Below are positions 1 through 12,900 of a DNA stretch of 30,481 nucleotides, piece after piece. The stretch is from Piromyces finnis finn. Lineage: Eukaryota > Fungi > Neocallimastigomycota. Each line of letters begins with the position of its first letter. Position 1 is the stretch's first letter. The position numbers and the translations under genes were made by a program. The stretch is from positions 1 to 30,481 of the forward strand of contig MCFH01000133.1 of assembly GCA_002104945.1 (NCBI GenBank), read 5' to 3'. The notes beneath the pieces were generated by a model. The model saw nothing but the letters and a program-made list of their open reading frames with translations. It did not search any database and was not told the DNA's origin.

Positions 1-1660
1 TTTTAAAATTATTTAAATTTAAAATTAATAAAATCTAATTTCTTACTATTTTAAATATTTATATTAAATTAATAAAAATAGTTATTACCAAGTAATTCAA
101 AAGAACGTAACAATGTTAGAGCTATTATTTTAGTTCCAACCAGAGAATTAGCTGATCAAGTACACAAGCATATTAAGGAATTAACTATTTATTTACCAGA
201 TATTACTTCCATTAACATTTCTTCTGGTGAACAAAGTCAAATAAAGTAATTCTATATATTATTATTAATAACAAAAATTAAAATAGAACCAATCGAGGAC
301 TAATAAAATTAAATTTAATTTTTGAAATATACCATTTATCCTTTTTTCAAATTTAATTAACAAATAAAAAATAAAAGCTCTTTATTATCAGAAAAGCCAG
401 ATATCATTGTTGTTACTCCAAGTCGTATGCTTAAACAATTTGAATTAAAAGTAAATGTCTAAATATTATATATATTTTATTTTAATCCAATTATTACATT
501 ATGGATTAGCTTTTTCTCAAACATGACAATATGTTATTTGTTTTAAATTGAAATAATTTTAATTTTATAAAATGATATTAAAATAAAACTTATTTTTATT
601 ATACGTAATACTATATATAAATGTCGAATTAAATGAGGCATTTGAATCATTTGTTATCGATGAAGCCGATTTAATTGTTTCTTTTGGTTATGATGAAGAT
701 TTAAGAAAAATATTAAACTATTTACCAAATCTCTATCAAAGTTATTTACTTAGTGCTACTGTTGACGCCGTAAATATTTTCGTCATTTACTAATATAATA
801 TATATTTATATAATTTATAAATATTTAATATTATAGTAAAATATGATAACGTTGTATAAATATAATTTAGTATAATATAAATGACGAAAATATTTACGGC
901 GTCAACAGTAGCACTAAGTAAATACTTTGATAGAGATTTGGTAAATAGTTTAATATTTTTCTTAAATCTTCATCAAACCAAAAGAAACAATTAAATCGGC
1001 TTCATCGATAACAAATGATTCAAATGCCTCATTTAATTCGACATTCTATATAAGTATTACGTATAATAAAAATAAGTTTATTTTTAATATCATTTTATAA
1101 AATTAAAATTATTTCAATTTAAAACAAATACATATTGTCATGTTTGAGAAAAAGCTAATCCAAATGTAATAATTGGATTAAAATAAAATATATATAACTA
1201 TTTAGACATTTACTTTTAATTCAAATTGTTTAAGCATACGACTTGGAGTAACAACAATGATATCTGGCTTTTCTGAAATAAAGAGCTTTTATTTTTTATT
1301 TGTTAATTAAATTTGAAAAGGATAAATGGTATATTCAAAAATTAAATTTAATTTTATTAGTCCTCGAGGTTCTATTTTAATTTTTGTTATTAATAATAAT
1401 ATATGAATTACTTTATTTGACTTTGTTCACACAGAAATGTTAATGGAAGTAATATCTGGTAAATAAATAGTTAATTCCTTAATATGTTGTGTACTTGATC
1501 AGCTAATTCTCTGGTTGGAACTAAAATAATAGCTCTAACATTGTTACGTTCTTTTGAATTACTTGGTAATAACTATTTTTATTAATTTAAATATAAATAT
1601 TTAAAAATAGTAATGAAATTAGATTTTATTAATTTTAAAATTAAATAATTTTAAAATTCA
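1..1660. repeat. Long imperfect inverted repeat (fold-back palindrome), arms ~1-786 and ~881-1660, centre ~834
   Basis: 761-786 (gttgacgccgtaaatattttcgtcat) is the reverse complement of 881-906 (atgacgaaaatatttacggcgtcaac). 1-60 matches the reverse complement of ~1597-1657. The arms differ by scattered 1-2 nt indels. Confidence 0.95.
82..769 (+). pseudogene. DBP9: Inverted partial copy of DBP9/DDX56 exons 2-4 (82-245, 378-450, ~620-769)
   Basis: Translates to VRAIILVPTRELADQV (motif Ia), EKPDIIVVTPSRML (Ib), FVIDEADLIVSFGY (DEAD) and YLLSAT (III). The AG acceptor before exon 4 is missing in this arm but present in the other arm. Confidence 0.85.
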
Positions 1661-2036
1661 AATTACAATTTCAAATAGTTGAATAAAATACTAAAACACA
1701 ATATATAGTTTCACCAATTTTTAATAAAATAATATTATATATTCATTTTTATATTTTATTTATATTTGATGATAATTCGAAAATATATATATATTATTAT
1801 ATATATAGTATATGTGGTAGGGTATATTACCTCTTTACTTAAAATGATTTTTTGTATAACTGGTAAACAATAAGCTGAAGTTTTTCCTGAACCAGTTCTA
1901 GCTTGAGCTAAAATATCTTTCCTGATAAAGCTAATGGAATAGTATTTTCTTGAACAAGGGTTGCTTCCTTGTAACCAAGCTTACTGATAGCTCTTAAAAG
2001 TCTTGAATCTAATGATAAATCACTGAAGTTGGTCAT
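898..2036 (-). CDS. DBP9: ATP-dependent RNA helicase DBP9/DDX56, 5' half only (exons 2036-1831, 1572-1412, 1285-1214, 1045-898), truncated by the fold-back
   Basis: Exon 1 reads MTNFSDLSLDSRLLRAISKLGYKEATLVQENTIPLALSG(K)DILAQARTGSGKTSAYCLP (Q motif and Walker A). GT-AG introns; motifs Ia, Ib, DEAD and SAT follow. Several 1-nt indels (e.g. ~1920). The HELICc half is absent from the window. Confidence 0.88.
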
Positions 2037-3623
2037 TTTTCTTTTTTAAATGTTATTCTATTATTACGATAATATATATTTTATTGTTTCTATAAATAAC
2101 TTAAAAAGTATGAAAACTATTTACAAAAAAAATAATGATAAAAATGATATTAAATAAGAATAAAAAAAAAAACAATTTTAATATGCTCTATTATAATTTT
2201 TTTTTTTTTTTCTTTTCTCTAATATTAATAACAATTTATATTATATATATATATAATTTTTTTTTATTAATAAAAAAATTGAAAACTTTAATAATTATTT
2301 ATTTCAATTATTTTCACTTTTCTACCAATCATATTTATATAAATAAATCAACTATTCAATTACTAATATTACTATTAAAAATGTTTTTTTTTTTTTTTTT
2401 TTTTTTTGAAAAAATAATTAAAATTTTAAAAAGTTACCTTTTTAATATATATATATATATATATATTTTTAAAAAAAGGAATAAATATTACATGGAAATA
2501 ATTATCAAAATAGTTATTTTCTTTTTAAAAGTAATGTAAAAGTATAACAATGATAATTATACTTGTAGCATATTAAAATTACAATTTCAATATATATTTA
2601 ATATTGAAATTAATATTCCATGCTTTTCCTTAAAATTAATCCCTCCATTTATGAAAATTTTAAGTATTAAAAAAGAGATAACCTACCGAAATGATAGAAA
2701 ATATATAAAAATTACAACTAACGTTTTTTTTTATTTCATACTTTAATTTTTTTAAAAAAAATTTTTTATTATTATATTTTATCAGTTTTTTTTTTTTAAT
2801 TAGTTAATTAGTATTTCGATATAATAATTATTTTTAACTTTTTTTTTTTTTTAATTTTTATCTGTAATAATATTGGTTTATTTTTGATTCTAGTTCTTCA
2901 TTCTCTAAATCTTTAAAATTGTATTTCTCGCTTATGGTTTTTTATTCTTAAAATATCACAGCAAGGTTTCTTAAAAACAATTTAAGTGCATTAACGTCCG
3001 TTTAATAGGAATTGTAATATATATTTAAACAAAATACTATTTATATATATATGGTATATTACCTCTTTACTTAAAATGATTTTTTGTATAACTGATAAAC
3101 AATAAGCTGAAGTTTTTCCTGAACCAGTTCTAGCTTGAGCTAAAATATTTTTTCTTGATAAAGCTAATGGAATAGTATTTCCTTGAACAAGGGTTGCTTC
3201 TTTGTGTAACTAACCTACTAATAACTCTTAGGTTTTTTAATGATAAATCATTTGTCTCTTTTTCTTTCTTTTCTTTTTTTTTTTTTTAAAAAAATATAAT
3301 ACTATATTTTATTTGTTTCTATAAATAACTTTAAAAGTATGAAAACTATTCACCAAAAAATAATAATAGAAAAAAAAAAAAAAAACTAATTTATATAGAT
3401 ATTTTTTTTTTTTTTTATTTATAAAATGAAAATTTCAATAATAGACATTGAAAGTACAATTTTAAAATCAATCTTTTCCTTAAAAATTAATCCAACTTTT
3501 TAAAATTATTAAAACTAAACAAGATAATAAAATTAAGAAAAAAACTTTTAATTTCAAAAGCTTTAACTATTTTTTTTTTAAAAGTATTTTTTTTTTATAA
3601 ATTTTATTATTAATATTTTTATC

Positions 3624-3630
<7 letters not shown>
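1815..3630. repeat. Diverged direct duplication: ~1815-2800 vs ~3050-3630 (DBP9 exon 1 plus upstream region)
   Basis: Shared blocks in the same order in both copies: ggtatattacctctttacttaaaatg, gtttctataaataactt-aaaagtatgaaaactatt, cttttccttaaaa-ttaatcc, atttttatcagttttt. Confidence 0.85.
2862..3250 (-). pseudogene. DBP9: Degenerate second DBP9 copy: exon 1 remnant (~3250-3063) followed by an exon-5-like fragment (~2998-2862)
   Basis: 3063-3200 is near-identical to 1831-1970 (ARTGSGKTSAYCL) but the start is decayed. 2998-2862 reads DVNALK-LFLRNLAV...LENEELESKNINQYY, resembling the DDX56 segment after SAT (DVQALKELILHNPVTLKL). Confidence 0.7.
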
Positions 3631-3659
<29 letters not shown>

Positions 3660-4941
3660 TTTAATGATTCTTTTTATTGTATTTATTATTTTATTATTAT
3701 TAAAGATAATTTGATATTATTATTATTATTTTGTATTTATTATTATTGTTATTATATTATATTATATTTTGATTTATTGCTTATATTAATGATTATTGTT
3801 AAAATTTTTAGTAAAAAGCTTTGGTAAAAAAAAAAAAATTTTTTTTTTCTTTATAAATACAAATAATATTATATACTTCTCAAAAAGAAAAGAAAAAAAT
3901 ATTTTCTTTTTATTACGACTACTTTTTAAATAAAAAAAATAACAATATAATCATCATTGTTGTTTATATTAAATTGTTGTTATATTTATTTCTTTTTTTA
4001 TAAAAAGAGAAAATATTATTTAATAATAATAATATATATAAAAAAGTCATATTCTATAAGAATTTAAAAAAGTATTAATATTAAATTTCTTTCTTTCTTT
4101 TTGAAATCTTTTTATCAAAAAAAGACTATTTCGAAAAAAAAAAAAAAATTATCAAAATTATATCATTACTTTTTCTTATTGTTATATCTACTTTATATAT
4201 ATAATTTTTATTTTTTGGTTTTTTCTCTTTTAAATATTCTATTGATATTATTATTAATATATTTTGATATTATTATTTATACTGATTGTATTGATAGTAT
4301 TTATAAACTGGTATATTTATATTAATAATAGTGTTTATGTTTTTTTAATTTAAAAAAAAAATAATTATAGGATATTGTGACTATGCTTTTTTTTTTATCT
4401 TTTTTATTTTTATTATAAATTTTTTTAAATGAAAAAAAAAATAAATAATTTTATTTACAAAAATTTTTTTTTTAAAAAAAAAATATATTAATCACTAATG
4501 TTCTATAATTTTTCTTTTTTTTGTCTAATCTTTAATGAATTACATATAACTTTATATCGATTATTATAAAGTATATATATAAATGATTAGTTTTTTTTTT
4601 TTTTTTTTTTTTATAAATATATTTGTATTGTATTTGTATTTGTCGCTTTTTTTTTTTTGTTTTGTTTTTGTTTTGTTTTGTTCTATATTGATATTGATAT
4701 CGAATTGATTTTGTATATTGTACATAAAAATCTTGTTCTTTTAATTATTATTATTTTGTTTTGTCTTTAGCGAATTAGTAATTTTTTTTTGTGTTTTTTA
4801 TGCTATATAAAAAATAAAAAATGTATATTTAATTTTATTTTGGATGACATTTTTTGTTAGTTATATGAACTTTTTCTATGTATGAATGACAATTTATTTG
4901 TTTATTATTAGTTTTTAAGCGTTCCATTTGTATTCTACTTT

Positions 4942-7458
4942 TTATTTCTGGAATGAAAGGGAAAATCTTTTTGAAGTCTAAAAATAACAAATATTAATTA
5001 TAGAATAAAAAGAATAAATAAAATAAATTCAATGGAATTTTTATGACAATAAATCTAGCGGTTAAAGAAAATTAATATTTACCTGGACGTTGCTTAATAA
5101 TTTAGTAACTTCATTCTTCTTTTCACGATCTAAACGAATAATATTACCATTGATGATTACTCCTTTTTCAAGGTTCTAATAACATATTTATTTGGCTGGG
5201 CACCTTTATCTAATAATATTTTTATTGCCTTTAATTTTCCTAATCCACAGGCCAATTGTAAGGGCTGTTCATTATCGGCTCTAAAATTAACACCATTGTC
5301 GATTAGAACAGTGATGGAATCAACATCATCATTACCAATTGAAATTTTTAAAAGATCATAAACCCGTTTTACCCTTAAAATCGACTGGAAAACGACTAAG
5401 ATATTGAAGGAACCGAGCACGATGAAGTAAAGGTAAATGTGATTTACCCTTTAAGTGGTTGTTAAAACATTCTAGAATTCTATTAACATACTCTGCATTA
5501 ATATACTTCTTTTCTCTTTCCATTAGCCATACACAACATTCCAATTGACCCGCTAATGCAGATGCAGTGATGGCATTTGCTAAAATACCAGGTTTTCTAA
5601 ATACATTGACTGTTTTAGATTTACCATAGCGTTTATCATAAACATATTTGATTAAGCGAATAGTTTCTAAACGTCCTCTTTCTGCAGCCTTAGAAACAAT
5701 ATTCATCATTTCATTATCATTTAAGTCGAGTTGTGGATACAAATTAAAAATATATTTGGCAACATTAAGTTTATTATGGGATATAGCTTTAATAAAGGCA
5801 TAATAACCAAATAAAGAAACACTACAGCCAATGTCTTCAATCAAGTTTTTAATCAAAGACATATCACCAGAACGAGCTGCAGCAATCATTGGATGGAATG
5901 GTCTCTTTTCAATACTCTTGAAATAATCATCGATTTCCTTGTGAGAAATATCGTTATAATTAAGATAACAATTAATAACGTAAGTGTTGTAGCGTAAACA
6001 TGCTTCGTAAAAAGTTGATTTTGGTAGTATAAAATCCTTCTCAAATAAATAAGTAATAAATTCTTGAGATGTACGATTTTGGTTTTGACATGCAATACTA
6101 ACTAAACCAACTTCTACATTGAAACAGAATGGCTTAAATAGTGATTGTAATAAATGTAAATCATCCTTTTTTAAGGAATAAGCTGTTAATGAATTTTTTA
6201 AATTATCATCAAAATCTTCTACTACATTTTCATCAATATTATTTACTATTGAAGCAATAACATCATTGGTAACAATAAGACGGTTTTTAAATGCAATTTG
6301 TTGATCTGATTCTGGAATTGTTAAAACTTTTGGATCATAGTAGTAATAAAGCCATTTCGCAATGGTATCTGGATGGTTACCAACACGATAAGTCTTTTGA
6401 CAGGTATGCTTAAATTCAATTGAATAAGTTTCACCAATATATTTGAAAATTAATTGTATAGCATTATCTGGTAAATCAGTGAATACCGTCTTCTTCTTTT
6501 TTTCAACTGGTTTTGATGATGGTATAAAAAATCTACTTGAACGAATACTACTACCACTACTAAAAAGGTGATTTGAACGAGTATTGGGTATAAAAAGCAT
6601 ACTTAATATCTTTCTTTTAACACTGGTGGTAGAACGATCAGCATCTGATGTTAAACTATAATCAACAGAAGATAATGTTTTATTACTCTTACTAACAGTT
6701 GATACATTTGATTCACTTATTACAGATTTATTACTCTCACTATTATTTCTTTCAAGTTGAGTATCATTAGTTTCTAATATTTTAGAATTTTCATTTTTAT
6801 TCATACTTGTATTTTCTATCTTACTTTTATTTATTTTTGATTTTTCAAATGAAGTAATTGTTGGATCAATAATTGTACTTTGTCTAATAGGTTCCTCAAT
6901 AATAATAGATCTTTCCATATAATGTTTATCATTTTCATCAATTATATCTTCATTATAAATTTTGGATCTTCTTCTTCAATTATTGAATTATTTATAAAAG
7001 ATGGTCTTTTATCAATTTCGCCTTCAAAAAATGATTGTTGCCTTTCTATTGCAGCTTGGTCAATAAATGAGTGTTGTGTTTCGATAATTTTAGAGCTTTG
7101 AGAAGAGGATTTTTTTATTTCTGACTTTTCTATGATAGATTCTTCGTGAATTGATTTTATAGATTTCTCTCTTAAAATACTTTCACTAATAATTTGATTA
7201 TTTTGAATTTCATTTTCTCCTTGTTCTTCTATTATTTCTTCTTCTTCAGGTATTCTTTATATATTTTTCATTTAAAAACATAGCATTTATAGTTTCATTT
7301 ATATCGTTATTGTCTTCCGAAAATATTGAGTTTGCAAATATTGATTCAGCAAATGCTGATTTTTCATTTATTGATTTAGCATAGTTATTGTTTTTATTGT
7401 ATTGGTCATCTTTAACTGAGCTTTGCTCATTTATTGTTTTACTTTCACTTGTTAGCAT
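4942..7458 (-). CDS. F-box + ankyrin-repeat protein with long S/E/N-rich N-terminus; about 4 apparent frameshifts (~7250, ~6960, ~5368, ~5163); probable last intron 5082-4978
   Basis: ORFs 7246-7458, 5356-6918 and 5157-5420 join into continuous coding-like sequence. F-box-like FTDLPDNAIQLIFKYI...TCQKTY at ~6490-6380. Ankyrin-like helices: HPMIAAARSGDMSLIKNLI, IVSKAAERGRLETIRLI, AITASALAGQLECCVWL, QPLQLACGLGKLKAIKILLDKGA. Confidence 0.8.
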
Positions 7459-9996
7459 TTTTATATTTATGTATAATATTTAAAATCTAGGATATATATT
7501 TTTATTATTTAAATTAATGTATATATTTTTAAATTTTATAATTAATTTTTATTATTACTATCAATCAATAATCTTCAGGTTAAAAATTAATAATAATAAT
7601 AAATATTTTGCTTAAATAATAAGTTTATCTTGAATTAGTTATAAATTATTTTATTTATTATCTATTATATTTGTTTTTTAATCGAATTATTTATTTAGTA
7701 TTATTTTAATTTTGGTTTTTATTAATTTATTTATTTTTTAGTTTGATTAAATTATTTAGTTTGTTAATTTTTTTGTTATATTAAATTAATTGATTATTTT
7801 GATTTATTGTTTTACTATATTTATATTATTTTAATAAATTTTAAAGTGTTGTTATTACTAGGTTGTTGTTTTTTATTTTTTGAATGTATTTTGTATTCTT
7901 GTTATAATTAAAGTTGATATATTTAATATTAAGTATTGGGATTGTTGCTATGTATAAACTTAAATTAAATATATGAACTTTTTATTAAATGTTATCCTTA
8001 TTAATAATAAATCATTATTTATTATAAATAATGTATTTTTTTTTTTTTTTTTTTCTGAATTGAAAAAAATATTAATAATAAAATTAATTAAAAGAGATTA
8101 GATTTATTTATAAAAAGAAAATGATTAAGAAATAAAAAAAAGATTAAATTACTTTATATATATAAAAAAAAAAATTTTTTTTGTGATATCTACAAAAATT
8201 TATTTAATAAAATATAAATCATCGTAGCCAAAATAAAAAAAAAAACTACCAAATTATTATTTATTTATTAATTAATTATATATCCATTATTATTTATGAT
8301 TTTTTTATGAAATTTAATTAGATTCTAATTATTTATTCATTATTTAATTATAGTTGGTGATATTTATGCTTTAGAATAAAAAATTTAGTAATTTTGTCCT
8401 ACATTTTATGAAATGTCAATATATATTGTACTATATATTACTTTATTGTTTATATATTGTGTATTGTATAATATAAATTATTATTAAATAAAGTTATTAC
8501 CAAAATTATAGGTAAAATTTTTTTATTTTTATTAAGAACTTTATTAATAATAAAAAATTTTGGCAATTATATAATAGTATTAATTTAAATTAAATATTTT
8601 TAATTTAAATTAATATATGACAATAGTATTATAAAATATAATAGAAAATATAATAAGTTATTATTCCGCTTATTCCACATGAAATAATAAATTAAATTTA
8701 TACAACAATCAATAGTGTTTATATATCAGAATTTGATTCAATATATTAATTTTATTTAAATGTAAAAAAAACTTTTAATCTATATTTAATAATCAATTAT
8801 TTTTATTATTCTATTTTAATAGGATTAAAGTTTTTATTCTATTAATTTTATTATTATTATTTAATAATATATGATATACATATATTAAATTATAAATATA
8901 TAAAGATTATACGTTACTCAAAAAAATTTATAAATTAATTAATTTATTATTAATTTATCTTATTATCCTTCTATTCAAAATATTAAGAAAATCACAGAAA
9001 TGAAAACAAAGAATTTAAAACTGTAAATATTAAAAAAAAAGTAATGGATGGTGCTATAATAAACTAACAATTGGAATATTAAAGAATATTATAATATAGA
9101 ATTACCGCCGGCAATTTTACCATAATAATTCTCTTATAACAAAATAATTCCCTAACCACAAAAAATAGAAAGAAAAATAAAAAAAACAAACCAAACCCAA
9201 ATATTGAAACATTGGTATAGTTTGGAACAATTCCCCTACTAAAATAAAGTAAAACATCATCTTTATTGAATAACTGAAACAGATTTCTACTTTATTTTTT
9301 TATATTTTCTATATTAAGTAATAATGAATAAAAGAGAAACAGGGAAGGTAACCTTATTCAAAAAAAAAAAAAAATTGTTGAATTCAAAAGAATAGAAAAT
9401 TCCAATGATATGAAATATATCAAAAATGTCAATTTAATAATGATTAAAAAAAAAAAAAAAATTAATAACAACAATTTGAATATAATTTGAATTATCATTT
9501 ACTAATAAGATTAACAAGACTTTTATGATATACACCAAATAAAATTAGGAAAAAAACTTTTTTATTTTTTTGAATTTAAAATAATTTATTCTTTAACAAT
9601 ATTCAATTCAAAATGTTTTCCATAATTACTGCACTTTTATATAAGAAATATGCATTATCATTGTGTTTCATTTTTTAACTCTATTCCCTTATTTTTATAC
9701 AAAAACTTTAAATTTTATGTTTAATAATAATTTTTAACATTAAACATAGTTCTATGTATGTCACGTTACTGTCATGATGTTTTATAAGAACTCCGATGAT
9801 AACTTGAAATTAAAAATTAAAATAATAATAATTAAAATTAGGATTATAAATGGACAACTTTACATTTTAACTTGTAGTTTTTATTAAAGTATTTATATAG
9901 TATTTATTTTTTAATTCATTATAAATAACGTAGATAAAAAATCATTTTACTTTTTGTAAGGAAAAAAAAAATATATTTATATATAAATAAAAATCC

Positions 9997-12900
9997 ATGA
10001 TTACATTTGTGAGTTATGCTTCCGTTGATCCTGTGGTCATTAGCGAAGAGTTGATAAATACAGCTATTAATGAACAGATTACACCTGAAATTGCTGAAAT
10101 TGCTAAAAAGGAAGGAATTGATCCTGAGGAAGTAAAAGCCATTCGATTGGATTATAAAAGTTAGTAATTAGATTTAATATTTTTTCTTTTAAAAAAAAAA
10201 AGGGAAATTTTTTAAATAATTATAATTTTCAAGTTAGGATAGGAAGAGAATAAAAGAGAACATTAAGAACATGTGTATATGCTTACTTTTTTTTATATTA
10301 TATAAATATATATATAACAGATATTTTAAAAATTAATAACTTATGGTCCCTCAAAAATTTAACAAAGTTACAATTAGATAATAATATTATAGAAAAGATA
10401 GAAAATATTAATTTTTTGGTAAATTTAACATGGCTTGGTATGAATAATAAAAAGATAATATATTAATAACTATATATAATACAATTGAAATTAAAAATAT
10501 AATAATAATAAAAATTATTTTTATTTTTTTCACATTAGATCTTTCATTTAATAATATTACGGTGATTGAAGGACTTAATGAACTAGTAAACCTTACAGAT
10601 TTATCATTATTCAATAATAGAATATCAAAAATTGAAAATATGGATGAACTAACAAAGTTGACAGTATTTTCTATAGGGAACAATAATTTAAGTAGTTTAG
10701 AAAATGTAAATATCTATAATACAAAATTGTATAAGCAATGGCAAATAATAATTTTAAAAAAAAAAAATATTTTTAAATTCTAAATATTTTGGAAATGTCA
10801 TTATTAAACATATTATATATATATATGATTTAATAAGATTCTATACCTAACTAGATTTGAAAATCTAAGAGTATTGAATGCTGCTGGAAATAAAATATGC
10901 AATGATAAAAATTATAAAGCATACATACTAGCAAATCTTAAAAATCTCAAATATTTAGATTATCGATTAATTAATCAAGAAGAAGTAAATAATAATATAT
11001 AAATATTTGACCTATTAAATGTTAAAATAGTAATATTAGTTTATTTATCAACTTGTATTTTATTTAAATATTTTATTTTAATTATATTATTCTTCAAAAA
11101 AAAAAAAAAAACAATCATATTTTATTTTAATCCGTGATGAATATTATAAAGGTTGAAAAAAGTAGAGCAATATATTTAGATGATTTAATTGCATTGGAAG
11201 AAGAAGAAAAAATTACTAAAAGTAAAAAAGAAAAACTAGAACAAAGGAGAAAATTAGAACAATTATTTGAAGTAATTTTTGTCTAATATAAAATATATAT
11301 GATACATTTAAAATAAAGGTGTTATAGCATTTATTATCCAAAAAAAAAAAAAAAAGAAAAGAAAAAATTGTATTTTTATATGGAACACTAAAATCAAAAA
11401 TAAATAATAAAATATTTTCCTATTGTAAGGAAATGTGGAAAATAGAAAAAATTTTTATACAATTTGATTATTAGTTAATACTTATATTCTATCAGACCAG
11501 TAATAATAATGAGGAATAAAAATTTGAATAAATAAACTAGTTATTTCAATGTTAATAATAATCCTTTATTAAAAAATTTATAATGAAATTTAACATGAAG
11601 GAATACAAATATAAAAGATTTTGGAATTTATTATACAATATATAAATAAATATAATATAAATAAAATGAATCGTCAAATAACCTTCTATTATCATACCAT
11701 AAATAATAATAATAAATATTTTTACATTATTATTAGATATATATATTAATAATATACAATTGATAAATATATAATTTTTATAAATTATACCAGGAAGCAC
11801 ATATAAAAAATATTGATATGTTATTTCAAGATATGTTTGAACAAGATCCAGATTTTCATAAATTAAATATTTTAGCACCAGAAAAAATACAAGATCTAAA
11901 TGAGGAATATCCTTTATATATATATATATATATAAAATGAATATATGAACATTTTATTAAATTAAATTAAAATAAATATATAGATCAATAATAATAATAT
12001 AATTATTATTACCCCAAATGAAAATAAAAAAAAATATATCTTTAACTTAAATTGCGTTTATCCTTTCATATAAACACTTATAGAGCCAAATTTGAAATTA
12101 TTATTATTGAAATGAAGGACTTTATTTTAAAGAAGCATTCAGAGGTTCAAGAAGAAAAAGAATTAATAACAAAAGCTATAGAAGATGCTAAAGCAGAAAC
12201 AGACAGTAAAGGAATAAAACTTGTTAATGATTTAGAACATAGGAAAAAAGCTGTATTATATCAATTAAATAATAATTTAATATATGAAACAATTATAATT
12301 AATTATTATTTCACTATTTGAAACTTATCATTTTATAATATTAAATTTATATTTCCTTTTTTTTTTCTCATAAAAAAAAAACAGTTTATAAGAACAGTAT
12401 CAAATATGAGAGATGTTAAAGAAATTGATGAAGCTGTGAAAGCAATGAAATTTGATGTAGATGAAACGTCTAATGAATTAATGGCATTAGAAATGACCAT
12501 AGTTGAACAATTTGAAGTAGGTGTCAAAAAATTAATACTCTAATAAACCTATACCTCCTTTTTTTCTACTTCCTTTTTAATTAAAAATATCAATTCAAAA
12601 TATGTATATAGCATTATTTTAATATCAACATCTACTTTTTTTCTAAAATAATATTATATATATATAGGAAATATTAAGAGAATACGAAAAAAATTTACAG
12701 GAATTATTTAATTCTATGTTAGAATGTGGACAAACAAAATATCCTTTTCATATTTTAATAAATAAATTATTATTTTATATATTAAAAAAAGGAAACAAGT
12801 ATTCCTATTAAAAATTAAGAAAACAAAATCAACGTATAATAATTAAAATAAAAGTTGTTAACTTTAACGACGATTTTTTTTTTTTTTTATAATTTTTTTA

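Noticed and set aside
790-880. Sequencing adapter or telomere repeat at the palindrome centre
   Set aside because: Only AT-rich intron-like sequence; no adapter or tandem G-rich repeat visible.
2135-4325. ORFs 2135-2539 and 4101-4325
   Set aside because: F/I/K/N/Y-rich products of poly-A/T intergenic sequence; no motifs or coding-like codon pattern.
10408-12527. Minus-strand ORFs 10408-10683, 11552-11878, 12333-12527
   Set aside because: Antisense shadows of DRC3 exons and introns.
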